Source of the DNA: Vicugna vicugna
Lineage: Eukaryota
Direction of reading: 5' to 3'
Assembly: GCA_013265495.1 (NCBI GenBank)
Contig: MU058824.1
Location: 4,615,111-4,677,110 of the forward strand
Length of the DNA stretch: 62,000 nt
A program made the translations under genes and the position numbers. Of the stretch, positions 1 through 11,459 are shown piece by piece. How positions within the stretch are numbered: the stretch's first letter is position 1; each line of letters begins with the position of its first letter. The notes below the pieces were generated by a model, which saw only the letters and a program-made list of their open reading frames with translations, did no database searches and had not been told where the DNA came from.

Positions 1-1037
1 GAGGGGAGTCCGACACAGTCACAGGGCCTGAGCCCTCAAGGAACTCACCCTGAAGAGAGACATGCGGGTCAAAACTTCACCTGACTGGGAATTTCTGCCC
101 CTCCCAATTCTCAATGGCCAAACTCCACCCATTTTCTAGTTCTTCAGGTCCTGTTCTTTAAATCCAGCTCAGCTCATGCTGGGTCCTTCGCCCTGACCAC
201 TGGCTCCACACACATGGCCATCCCACTCTGACATGGCCACCTCATCACATCCTCCCTCCCCACCAGGGGACAAGAGTAAGCAACCTTTAGATCTTCTCAC
301 TGTAACAGAGTGGTCTAGCCTGCCCAGTACATGGGAATGGCAGGAAAATTCTGTGGCATTTCCTTCCCTCCAAACTAGAATGGAGAAGTAGCCTGACCTT
401 AACCCTGTAACACTCCAGACTTTAATAAACTCTGCTCTATGAAATCACTGCCAATATTTGGGGTAAAGAGAGGCAATAGCTGGTTGGACACCAGTTGCTT
501 AAAATCTCCCTTTAACAGTAAAGGGTTTCCCTGCCCCAGAGTTCCCTTATCATCTTCCATAAGGCGCAGGGAACTGAAATTAGGATAGATGAGGAATGTA
601 TTCTCATGTATTCTCCCAGATGGACTAACAACTGGGCTGCAACCTACAAGAGTCCGCAGAGCTATCACCAAGATGTAGAGAAAGACTAGTCCTGGGTTTG
701 TGCCGCAGCATCTGACCAGTCCCTGGCTGGCTTCTGATCACCTTGATTAACCCTGCGCCTTCCAATAGGAAGGGATACCACTTCCCAGGGCTGGGGCCTC
801 TGATTGACTCTGGACTTTCCCTTCAGCTTACCTGAACCCACTATGTCCTCTAAGGTTCCCAAACTGCCTCCTGCAGGTCACGGCCTCTGGCCTACCAGAT
901 GACCTGCTGACCCCTAGCTATGCCTCACCCCAGCCACCCTCATGCTGTTGCCCACACTGGCACAAGGCTGGTCTGCCAGGTAGCCCAGAGATGGAGAAGC
1001 AGCTCTGGCCCCTCTTGTCTGGACAGCATCAACCCAC

Positions 1038-1245
1038 CTTGACAGAGATGTGACCGTGGGCCTGGGGAAGGTGGGCAGCCAAGAACCAGTCCCCCGGTAA
1101 GGGGCTGCTGACGTTAAAGATGCCGGAGGTGCGGTTGGGCAGTGTCCAGCTGAGAGTCAGTGAGAAAACCCCAGGCACAGCTGTGTCCCCTGGGAAGTGT
1201 GTGTGCAAGGGATTGATGACAGGGGGTGCCCCGGACCGGAAATAC
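1038..1245 (-). CDS. TMEM8B: TMEM8B coding exon 3
   Basis: ccag|GTATTTC...GTCAAG|gtgggt, 208 nt, YFRSGAPPVINPLHTHFPGDTAVPGVFSLTLSWTLPNRTSGIFNVSSPLPGDWFLAAHLPQAHGHISVK. Confidence 0.92.
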
Positions 1246-1616
1246 CTGGAGGATCAGAATGAAGAGAAGAGGAAAGCAGGCAATGGGGTGGGGGGCAGGA
1301 AATGGGGGAGAGAAAAGAGCACTGTCACTCATCACCAGTAAAACAAGTGGATTCTCCAGACTGACGCATGCAATAAAGTGGGTCCAGGTCAGGAGTCAGA
1401 ACATAAAAGGCAAGATGTCAGCTCAAGCACTCATACAGTCATACAGCAGTCAGGAATCGTCAGGAGACAGAGGTCTTGGCCCTCACTCAGTCATACTTCA
1501 GTCTGGACAAGTGTCAGGGTCAGAAGGTCAGTTTAGATACTCATGAAGTCACATTCTAGTTTGGAAAGTGGCCTGGGGTTGGAAGTGGGGGTCAGGAGGT
1601 TAACTCAGACACTCAC

Positions 1617-1806
1617 ACAGTCACACTTTGGTCTGGGCAGTGGTCCCCAAAGGTTCCCCCCTGCTCTTTGAAGATGATGAGGTTCCAAACAGCCAGGAAT
1701 GTGTCTTCAGGAACATGGAAGTGGAAGAGCTCGGTGCTGGCAAAGGAGCGGAAAGGACTCAGCTTGCGGGGTGAGCAGGTGGAGTAGTCAGTCAGGAAGA
1801 GGCCTC
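1617..1806 (-). CDS. TMEM8B: TMEM8B coding exon 2
   Basis: ccccag|GAGGC...ACTGT|gtgagt, 190 nt, GLFLTDYSTCSPRK...DQSVTV. Confidence 0.92.
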
Positions 1807-1954
1807 CTGGGGAGCAGGCGGAAGAGAGAGGAGCAAAGTAGGACAGGCCTTCGCCAGAAAGCCCCAGGCATACCAGTCCTCCCCACACACAGCACCGACT
1901 CAACAAATGCTCTCCTCTGAGCCAGGAACCGAGTCTCCTGCCGCCCCCATTATC

Positions 1955-2095
1955 TGCTTTAATCCTGACAATGACCTCGGGGAAAATGACCTCTTTTTAC
2001 AGATAAGGAAACTGAGGCTCAAACCTAGACCAAACTGAGGATTCAAACCTTGATCTGTCTAAATCCAAAACCAGGACTCTTTTTTTGACCCCACA
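1955..2095 (-). mobile_element. MIR SINE fragment
   Basis: tttacagataaggaaactgaggctc...ggattcaaacc matches the MIR core (reverse). Confidence 0.65.
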
Positions 2096-3984
2096 GCTGC
2101 CCCTTCACTTAGGAGCCATTGTTCTCTTTTAATATGCCTAACAAAACAAAGGTGTGGATGGGGGGCTGGTGCGCGCTGGCATGGGCTCCTAGGCTACTGA
2201 GCATTCGGGAACTCCACCTGTGGGCTTGCGCTTCAGCATGGAACTGTGAAACTTCCTTGTTTATTTTCTTCCCCTCTCTGTTCCCCTGCGGTCAGGAGAC
2301 GTAAAAACCCTCAGAAGCTTCACAAGAGCTGCCTGTATACTGGCTCAGGGCAGTGGTAGGGAGGGGCGAGTGTGGTGAGGCTCCAAGGGGCCTGCTTGGG
2401 TGGCAGAGGCAAGGACAGGAGCTGGCAGGCCACCACAAGAGCCCCCAGGAGAAGGGGAAAGGAGAGTCAGCAAGGCCTCTGGGATTCAGACGGAGCAGCC
2501 GGGGGCGCTTCCCGGAGGGAGGCCCCGTGAGGCAGTCAATCGGTGAGCCACTGGAATCTCGGACCACCTGGGAATACTCATATTCAGAGCAGGCCAGGGT
2601 TGGCAGATTGGGAGGAAGTGGTCCCCTGCAGCTGAAAAGCCAAGATACCTGATCATGGTTGTTAGGAGCAGAGCCCAGTGGCCAGGAAAGTCTGGTGAAA
2701 GCAGCTACCAGGCAAACACATAGGGACCAGGACTGCTGTGGCAGTGAAAAGAACGCAGCAGCTTAGCTGGATAGAAGAGAGCCCCAAATGGCAGGCAAAG
2801 CTCTAGGGAATCTGACAGCTCTGGAGACTTAAGACCAGCCCCAGCAAAGCCCAGAAAGATGTCCCCAGAACATATGAGAAGGTTGGAAACTCAAGCCGCT
2901 TCAGAACAAGAGTAGGGGCATCAGGTAGGGGTGACCCTGAAGCCAAGTTTCCAGCCAAGTAGTAAATACCCACAGGCTTGCTTATTCTGACCATCTACCC
3001 CCTGGAGATGGGAGATGTAACTCCAAAACTGAGGTATTTGAAATAACAGAGAAAGGACATCTGGAAAGGGAGGCTGCTGAGGAGGGAACATGGGACAAGG
3101 TTGGCCCCACTGAACTACAGCAACCTCAAGTCACCCTGCAGAGTTGTCCTATGCAGGTAGAGATCACTGGCCCTAGATTGGCCTGTGCTCATCTTCAAAG
3201 GCCATGGGTACATCCAAGGACTAGCCTGCCCAATTCAGATCACACAATCTGTCTCAATGTCAGCAAGGAAGACCTGCCACCTTGCAAGCTAAGCACTGCC
3301 CAGGAACTGGAGAGGCTCACAGGGCAGTGGTGATGTACCCAAGAGGGATGACAGGAAACGAACCAACTGATGAGGAAAGTAGGTTTCCTAGGAGCCCTGG
3401 CTGGGAGGCAGAAAGCTGAGGGCTGAATAACCTGGACACTACAGTCACAGGAAAGCACAGGTGCTAGTGCACCCCCTGCTGGAGTCAGGGAAGGGCTTCT
3501 CCTCCTCAAAGCTGGGACCAGGGATAGGTCACCAGACGGGCCACTGCTACTGCTGGGAATAAACGTTGGCCAGGCCCCCAGCGCAGATGCTCAGAGAGCT
3601 GGTGGTGAAAGCAGCTAATGACCTTTGGGAAACAATGGACAGACGTGCACAAAGAGCCCTGTGATGAAAAGAACAAGGCATGGACTGGAGAATTGGGGAA
3701 CTAGTTACACCACCTCAAAGCAGCAAGGGGCTACAGAGGTCACAGGATAGGCTGGTGGGAAAAGTGAATAAAAAGCAGCTGGGCTTGCTGGAAGGAACAT
3801 AGACGTTCTGAGGGCAGATGTTTGAGAAAGCGAACACAGCCCCATTCACTCCAAGCTTTGGTTCAGGGTTTCACTAGGGCCTCCAGAGCTGGGTCCCAGA
3901 GGAAGCACCTAACCAAGCTCAGATGAACCTGTCCTGAATGTGCCAGTACTTCCGGATGAGGCCAGGGTGATTCTCCATCACCAC

Positions 3985-3993
3985 CTCTGTCTC

Positions 3994-4026
<33 letters not shown>

Positions 4027-4034
4027 TACACACA
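3985..4034. repeat. (TC)n(CA)n compound microsatellite
   Basis: ctctgtctctgtctctctctctctctctctctcacacacacatacacaca. Confidence 0.85.
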
Positions 4035-4409
4035 AGCTGAAGCTGGTCCTGCTAGTCACAGCACACAATAGAGCAAAAGGTCATTTCCTATAATGGCAAG
4101 GCATTCCTGGGTTATGCAACTGCAGTCAGACAAGTCTAAGGAAAAGACTGAGGATTTACTGAGGCTGACTGTGCTATCATGGTCCTGTGACACTGCCAGC
4201 CTCTCCTCAGGCAAAACCTATCACCACCACCAGGTCACAGAGCACCCCTGCAGGCCAGCGACTAGTAACAGCAGTCAGGGCAGCCCTGCCTGCTGTGAGG
4301 CCTAGTCAGTGCTCTTTTCCAACCTCATTACAATCCTCCCGAAGCACTTGAACCTGCTCCTGGACAGTTCTGTTTTAATCCACACCTCTCAACTTCCTAC
4401 AACTCCGTG

Positions 4410-4556
4410 GCTGTCAGTCACCCTGCTCTCCTAGTCAGCCCAGTGTTAGCTCAATGGGCTCATGAACAAAGGAGCTGCGGGGACAGGGATGGAAGCTATT
4501 AATTGGGCTCAACAGAATGGACTCCCTCTCACCCCAATTGAAAAACTGACCTGGCT
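4410..4556 (+). mobile_element. ERV-L/MaLR internal (pol-integrase N-terminal region) relic
   Basis: Translates with one frameshift as AQWAHEQRSCGDRDGSY/WAQQNGLPLT, resembling the ERV-L sequence AQWAHEQSGHGGRDGGYAWAQQHGLPLT (from memory). Confidence 0.6.
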
Positions 4557-5404
4557 GGGGGCGGATGGGTTATTTATGTATGTTGTGGGAGGCATCCAGC
4601 ATTGCCTCCAACCAAGGAAGGGATCATCCACTTGGAAGGTGACGCTTTAGTAATCTGTCTACAGGAGGAGCAAGAAGAGCTGAAAAGGAGCATGCATAGG
4701 CCACAACATGTAGCTCCCCTCATACAACAACACAGGCACTAAGGACACATGGGCTCACATGCACCCCATACAACACACACGTGCCTACGCTCACCAACCC
4801 ACAAGCATATACACACACTGCACATGCCCAGCATTCCCACAGACCCCTCAGGTACACACACAGACACATAAGTGCCCAGATAACAGTGAGCACCCACATA
4901 GAGCTTGCACATCTCTGCAGGGGCAGCAAGCTTTAGTGTGCATCGATCTCCTCAACCTCGGGCACTGAACCAGGGCCCCAGAGCTCACTGAAATGCAGCC
5001 CCCACCCCCAGTTGCTCTGCTAGTTGTTACTGCTGAAGACTTCTTGGGTACATCTTCATCCCATCTAGAGAGCCACCCACCAGAGATGGCTGGGGGTTGG
5101 GGCTATGAAGACTCTCTATTACAGAGTGATCTTTATGGCACATCTCCTACAGCCAGGACCCCCTCCTCCTCCCACATTCCACCCATCAGGAAGTTGGGTA
5201 TCCCCCTCTCCTATTAGAGTCACTTCCTCACTGGATGGTGGCCCTGGGCTGACAACTGGCAAATGAGGAGTTTGTGGATGAAGCCCCCTTGTGGGCAGAC
5301 AGGGGAGAGGATAGGCTATGCTTTGAGTCTTTCTGCACTTAGATCTGTTTTCCTATTGCAGTGGGGGGGAAAAAATCCACTAGTATGGAATAGGAATTAG
5401 GAAA

Positions 5405-5500
5405 ACTTTTTCCAGCGCCAGACCTGCCATTGACCAGCTGTATGACCTTGGGCAAACTGATCTCTTGCTGAGCCTCAATTTCTCCATCTGTAAAATGGTC
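5405..5500 (+). mobile_element. MIR SINE fragment
   Basis: gctgtatgaccttgggcaaa...ctgagcctcaatttctccatctgtaaaatgg is the MIR core. Confidence 0.7.
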
Positions 5501-6071
5501 TCCAAGTTTCAACCCTGCTCTAAAAGTGTCAGGAATTATTCCTAGGCAAATTAAGCTTATTTGAAAGGAGGCTTGTGACAAGAGTTAAACTCATAATGGC
5601 AACTAATCCACGTCCATCTGTTTGCTACACATTTATCTTCAAAAGAGCTTTCTCAACCTGTTTTAATGCATGCCCAGTACCTCAAAGGGTTAGTCCAGAT
5701 CTTCCCACATGGACTAGAGGCTCTCTGCTGGGGGACTATGTCTCCCCCATCAAACTTCATGAGCAGGAGCAAAGCCCTCAAGACTTTCTTGGAAAAGCAA
5801 GGGTCAAAGTGGAGACAGGATGGACGCCAAGAAAGAAAACCTTGGAGTCTCTGTCTTTGGGACTATCAGCCACCTGCTGAGCCTCAAATCAGTTACCGCT
5901 CTTCTGACCCTCCTGATTCCTCTCAGTTATGTAAGACTTCTCTCCTCCCTACTCCTCTCTTCTTCGCCAGTGATCTAGTTGCCCAGGTCCCACCTCTGAT
6001 GAATCCCTCCAGTCCACCCGTCCCTGCCAGAACCCCATCCCTGCCTCAGTCTTTCCTGTTTCTGCACTCAC

Positions 6072-6609
6072 CAGCCCCTGGGCCAAGGACAGACAACAGC
6101 AACAGCAGCAATAAGGCTGGTGGCAGCTGGAGCCCAGACCTGAGTCGAGGCTGGGAGAGGGGCAGGGTATGAGAGAGAGGGGTGGGCAGTGGGAGAGATC
6201 TGGGTAAACACAGAGATGAGGGCAAAGGCTGGGACACAGAGTTGGGCTGGGCTGGACACTGGGGCTTGTACAAGGGCAGGGGATGTGATGGAAGGAGGGG
6301 CTGTGGTGGGGACTGGAGCAAAGGCAAGGGTTGGGCCCCAGGCTTAAGCAAATATTGTGAATGGGGTTGGGACAGGGGCTGGGCTGGGATTTGGGAAAAG
6401 TGGTGAGGCAGGGGCAGGGGCTGGGATGGGCGCCAGGCCAGGGACTGGGATTGGGACTGGAAGGGGAACCTAAGTTGGGACCCGAATCTGGGCATTCGCT
6501 GGGACCCAGGCCGGAGCTGGACCTGATGTGGAAAGCGGGGCGAGGGCGGGGTCGGGGGCCAAGGCCTGGATGAGGATAGGACAAGGGGCCGGGACAAGGG
6601 CTGGGCCAT
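6072..6609 (-). CDS. TMEM8B: TMEM8B coding exon 1 (long isoform; Pro/Gln/Ser-rich N-terminus plus hydrophobic LLLLLLLSVL segment)
   Basis: ATG at 6609 (MAQPLSRP...), 538 nt, donor CTG|GTGAGT, phase 1 matches exon 2. Confidence 0.75.
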
Positions 6610-6925
6610 GGCCCGGGGCGGGGGCGGGGCCGGACAGGCCAGCGCGGGGCGCTCGCAGAGCTGACCCGCGGCTCCGCTCCCACCCCCCGGGGGGTGCCTC
6701 CGGTGTCCTCGCGGGCCCGGGGCCGGGGTCGGGTCGGCTGGGGCAGGGCCGGGGACCTGGGTAGGAGTTCAGGCCTGGGCGACTCCGGGCTGCGCTGGAC
6801 CGGCGATAACCAGGCCCCGCGGCGGCGGCGGCCTCGGCCTGACGTCATATGGTGCTCCGCCCCTCGATTAATTCTATTGGTCCTTGTTAGTAAAGCCCGC
6901 CCCCGGCCCTAGTCTATTGGTCTCT
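6530..6925. promoter_or_regulatory. CpG island / promoter region of the TMEM8B-FAM221B head-to-head pair
   Basis: CpG-dense; perfect CRE TGACGTCA at 6840-6847; GC boxes at about 6855 and 6896; ATTGG (CCAAT on minus) at 6876 and 6916. Confidence 0.75.
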
Positions 6926-7268
6926 AACTTGGCCCTGGGGCTCGAGGACAGACTGCCCCAGCCCCAGCTACCAGAGCCCTTGTGTCTCTCACCCCAACTG
7001 CGAAGCCCAGATGCCCCCATCAGATCCTCAGAGCCCCCACTGACCACACAACAGACAACTCATAGGAGCCCTACAGAGAACCTCACAAACCCGGACACCC
7101 ACAACGTCCCCACAGAGATCTGCAGACCCTACCCAGAGACTCTCACAGAGTCTCACAAAAATCCCACAAAACCCCCTTAAAAGAAGTGAACTCTCTAGGT
7201 TTGTCCCCTCCGGGTCCATTGCAGCCCCCTCGGGAGACCTTACTCACCGGGGCGGTGACCAGACTGCT

Positions 7269-7310
7269 GTTGCCAAGGAGACTGCTGGGCGTTCAGGTTG
7301 CCCTGGTGAC
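7269..7310. promoter_or_regulatory. Tandem RFX X-box motifs upstream of FAM221B
   Basis: GTTGCCAAGGAGAC (7269-7282) and GTTGCCCTGGTGAC (7297-7310) fit GTNRCC-N(0-3)-RGYAAC-like X-boxes. Confidence 0.6.
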
Positions 7311-7984
7311 GGATCCCTCCACTCCTGGCCTGGGTTCCAGAGGCTTTAGTCAAGCTCCTCATCATCCCTCCCCCTCACACCTTTCCTCAGATCTGGCCAG
7401 AGTTCCTTTGTGAATTTCTGCAGGTGTCCAAGTCCCCTCCCTAAGTCGTAGACTTGCAAGCAAGGCCTCTCACCACACAGCGCCTGCAGCCAGGGGTCAT
7501 CCACGGTTAAGAGCTTTCTCACCCTCGGGACCAACACTGCCCCTTCCGGCTTTAGACAAGACCCTACCTAAGGACTTGTAACAGCCAAGACAAAGCCCAG
7601 AGGTATGTAGTCTCTCAAATGCCTCCTCCTCCAAATCCTCCCATTCTGTCCTAATTCCTTCTGTCCCTTCCTACCTACCTCAGTCCAACCCCCTACCATT
7701 CTCCACTTTTCATCCTTATCTTCCCCATCCCCCATGTCCCCCACGTTTCTCCACTCAGTCCCCTCGTCCCATCCTCCGGTTCTTCACCCTCAGGCCCCCT
7801 TTTCCTCTTGCTGAAGGTCTGGCCATCTTCCACCCCATCATCCTACCTTTCCCACACTTGCTGTCCCCTTCTCCTATGGAAAGGCCCTGATGAGTTTAAG
7901 AAATTATTAATGTAATATCTCTGGAGCATGGGCCATATTAGAGAGCAGCAGAAATTAAGTAAGGCTGGACTCCTTAGGCAATGT

Positions 7985-8725
7985 TGCAAAAGATGACAGG
8001 CCTTGAGTGTCAGGGCCAAGAAATGTGGACCTAATTCCTAGCCAGAGTCACTGAGTGTTTTTAAGCAAGGGAATGCCATTGTCGGGTTTGCATTTTAGAA
8101 AAGTCTTGCTTGGGTCGTTAAGGACGGCTGACCCCTCTTGGACATCCTCCCAAGATAAATTAGGCACAGTCCACTCCCCACAGAATCCTGGGCTTATCTC
8201 AGCATAACATCAGCTCATTTGTATTGTCATTTTGGTTAACCTGTCTCCTTCCCAGATTCTCTCTACTGAGTCCAGCGCCTGAGTAAAAGTGTTAAGATTA
8301 AGTTCTTTGTAAAAGAAGAAGTTACATAAATCAATGAAAGAATAGGTGAGTGGATTAATATGCTGGGGAAGGCAACAGAGGGACAAAGTTATTACATAAT
8401 CCAGGTAGAAAATGACAAGAACTTGAACAAAATTGGCGGGAAAGGAGAGGAGAGAATGGATTTGGGGGATATTTAGAAGATAAGAAATATACTCCTTGGT
8501 GCCTATTTGAAGATGAGGGCTGAGGGGAAAGGAGAAGACTAGGATAAATCTCAGAGTTCAGTTTTGATGCCCTATGGGACATCCATTTAGCAATGTCCAG
8601 CAGGCAATTGGTTATGACTAAGTACAGGGGTTTAAAGAGGTCTAAGCTGGAAATATGGATTTAGGAGTCATCATCATACACCTGGAAATAGCTGAAGACC
8701 TGAACATGAATGATCTCACCTAGGG
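7985..8725 (-). mobile_element. L2 LINE fragments
   Basis: Degenerate L2-like segments such as ttttaagcaagggaatg...tttgcattttagaaaag and gagttcagttttg...gtccagcaggcaattgg...ggatttaggagtcatca. Confidence 0.5.
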
Positions 8726-9233
8726 TGGGTGGGTGAGGGGGTGTCCCTGGGCAAAACTAGACTGTGAATAACTTAAAAAAAAGATGTCTAGATTCCATGA
8801 AAGACCAACTGGGGGAAAAAAATTAGATCATATAGGGCCTTGCCTAATGTATCCTCCTGCACTCTTGGGAGCAAACCCCAACTTTGGCTTGGTATTCCCA
8901 GCCTCTAGAAGTCCCTAGCCTGACCTCCATTGCCCTCAGGTATGCCCAGAACCCTGTTCTTGGACTAGCCAAGATGCTATGTTCAGGCCCCCTCCTCTGC
9001 TACCATCTACTGATGGAATTCAGACTGCTTCAGCCTTCTAGTATGCCATATGGAGTCTAGGCACATAAGTTAACCTCCTGGCACTGTACCCTGACCCAGA
9101 GCTCACCTGGCTTCCCCCTTGTATCTCGGGTACACTGAAAACCTTATCCTAATTCCAGAGCCCTTTGTGAATCCTGACTTTGCAGACCCTCCAATCCCAA
9201 CCTAATGAAACATGTACCCTATTCTACCACTAG

Positions 9234-9909
9234 ATGGAAGCAGACAAGGTCACAGAAGAGCCTCATACCACCATGGATGCAGAAGAGCACCTTTCTTCAG
9301 AGGACTCCTCCACTGAGGACTCACGGGAGCGTCCTATCCCTGAAGAGCCTCCCATCTCTGAAACCCCTTTAGAGCCCTTTGACTCTGAATCTCATATGGC
9401 GCCATCTACTTCCCAGGTCCCGTTAGAGACCCACACCTCTGAAACCCCTTTGGAGCCTTCCATGTCTGAGATTCCTTTAAAGACCGATAACTCTGAAACC
9501 CCTTTAAAGCCTTCCATCCCAGAAACCCCTTTAGGACACTCTACCTCTGAGGTCTCTCTGGAGACCCCTAACCCTGAGATCCTGTTGGGGACTCACACCT
9601 CTGACATCGAAGAGAAACACCTTACTTTTCATACCTCATTACTAAGCCAGGTCTCTGCATCTTTCTCTGATGATCCGAAGGAAGAGCCCTTTGAGTCTTC
9701 CTTGGACTCTATCCAGACCACTGACTCTGAGAGCCTTCAAAAGCACTCCCTTTCAGGCCCTCCAGCCTCGCTCCACCTGGACACACCTGCAAAAGAGGGG
9801 GAAGAGGAAGAAGAGGGCGAGAAAGGGGTGGATGCCACAGACAGCACCACTCATACAGCTCAGCCTGAACAGAAGCCAGGCAAGAAGAAGGGGAAGAAAG
9901 GAATCAGCT
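9234..9909 (+). CDS. FAM221B: FAM221B first coding exon (acidic, 9-aa repeats)
   Basis: ccactag|ATGGAAGCA; ends GCT|gtaatt (weak donor, phase 1). Confidence 0.78.
9357..9599 (+). repeat. Coding 27-bp / 9-aa degenerate tandem repeat (about 9 units, SE(T/I/V)PL(E/K)xxx)
   Basis: SETPLEPFD/SESHMAPST/SQVPLETHT/SETPLEPSM/SEIPLKTDN/SETPLKPSI/PETPLGHST/SEVSLETPN/PEILLGTHT. Confidence 0.8.
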
Positions 9910-10056
9910 GTAATTGCCCCAGCCCTTCCCCCTTTCTCAGCACTGTCTTTGACCTGCCCCAGCAGGAGGGGATTGGGTTACTCTTTGACTGGGCCCCTTC
10001 TCTCAATTTTCGAGCCTCCTCACCTCCCCTTAGTTACTCAGCCCCTCCCTCCCTAG

Positions 10057-10200
10057 GTTACACAGTCCACCCAATGATCCCTGCTAAGCAGACAAACCTG
10101 GTGAAAGTGGCTAAGGCACTGCACAGAGAGAAGTCTGGTGCTCAGGTGGATTATCTTTTCCAATGGGAGAAGGATGCAGCTCTGAATGCCATCCAGACAG
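10057..10200 (+). CDS. FAM221B: FAM221B coding exon 2
   Basis: ccctag|GTTAC...ACAG|gtgagc, 144 nt, YTVHPMIPAKQ...FQWEKDAALNAIQT. Confidence 0.9.
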
Positions 10201-11459
10201 GTGAGCCCAGGCAGCCTTTCAGAGGCCCGTGACAGGCCCATGGCCATCCTCCAATCCAACATGATCTAGGAACCTGCTCGTTCAATGGACAGCTACTCCT
10301 TGTGGCAATGGCAATGCCACCTGCCTAGAATCTAGGGCTGGGAGTAGGTGGGGTGGTTGGTGGAGCAGGCAGTTAGGCCAGGGTAGATGAGGGGAGATGC
10401 AGGCAAAAAGTAGGGATATTCATAAAAAGCCCTGGCAGGAACAGGTGGCTACTTCAGTTAAAAAGAGAAGGGCCACAACAGGCCAGCCCCAGATCTAGGA
10501 CTCAGATAGCCTGCACTGAGCAGACCCCAAGGCTGAGATGGCCGAGGACCCTGGACAGTTTCCCGGAGATTTGTTGCTCTGACATGGCAAAAGGCCTTAG
10601 TCCCCTTGGTGGAACTCCATTAAAAGGCTGTCACCCTTGCATGCTAGACCCATGATCACCTGGGAACCCAAAGCTTTGAGTCTCCTCACCAAAGAGAAGA
10701 GCCATGTCTTCTCACCCTATTGATTCCAAGTCTCAGCCCAGAATGAATACCTGTCCTGTTAATGGCATGCTGGGCTTATCTGCGTCTGTGTAAAGGGTAT
10801 GCAGAAAAATCGTGTGAACACATGCCATCCTGTGCGTGAGCACATGCACCTGTGTCACTGAACTTTGTATCTATAGGAATTCCCTTCAGTAAGAGGACCA
10901 CCCTGACCTGTTATAAGGATTCTGGGGCTTCTAGACTGAACACAATAGATATCACTGTATTTTTTTTCATCTCTCATACTTCCTTTTCCCTTATGTCAAA
11001 CCTAGATGAGCCTAAGATATAAAGATAACTGGGTAATTCTATGTCCTTATCTCTCCTTCATGTAATTTACTTGCCTTATTCCCATACCGGGCCAAGAAAG
11101 TCAGAGTGATCTCATTTGTTTCTCAGCCTCGTTCAGGCACTGAAATGGCTTTGCTTATTGAACATCCTCTGTCATGCTTACTTATTCTTCTTGCAGATGC
11201 AGGGTCTGTTCAGTCTCCTCCTTCTCAGAACCTCCGATCTACTCCCTACTCTTCAAAGCCACTGCATTTCCTCTTCAGACTGAACTTCTTCATTTTCCTG
11301 TTTAAACTGGCAGTTTTATACAGAAATTTAAGTGTCATTCAATCCTAAACAAAGATATTTGGGGCTGCCTTCGAATATTGGGGAACTTGAGTCCCTGAAG
11401 ACACCAAGGGACTCCATCACAGTATATGTGATGTATAGAGGAATATCAAGTGTAAGCTT

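Larger units (their letters stand above)
1038..6609 (-). other. TMEM8B: TMEM8B gene, 5' part (coding exons 1-3; continues beyond the left edge of the window)
   Basis: Exons 6609-6072, 1806-1617 and 1245-1038 splice in frame with GT-AG sites and give ...GPGAG|GLFLTDYSTCSPRKLSPFRSFASTELFHFHVPEDTFLAVWNLIIFKEQGG...YFRSGAPPVINPL, typical of the TMEM8/PGAP6 family; synteny with FAM221B-HINT2-SPAG8-NPR2. Confidence 0.88.

Noticed and set aside
5949..6848. 299-aa minus-strand ORF overlapping TMEM8B exon 1
   Set aside because: Alternative frame in stop-poor GC-rich sequence; not in phase with exon 2, and its start lies within the CRE promoter element.
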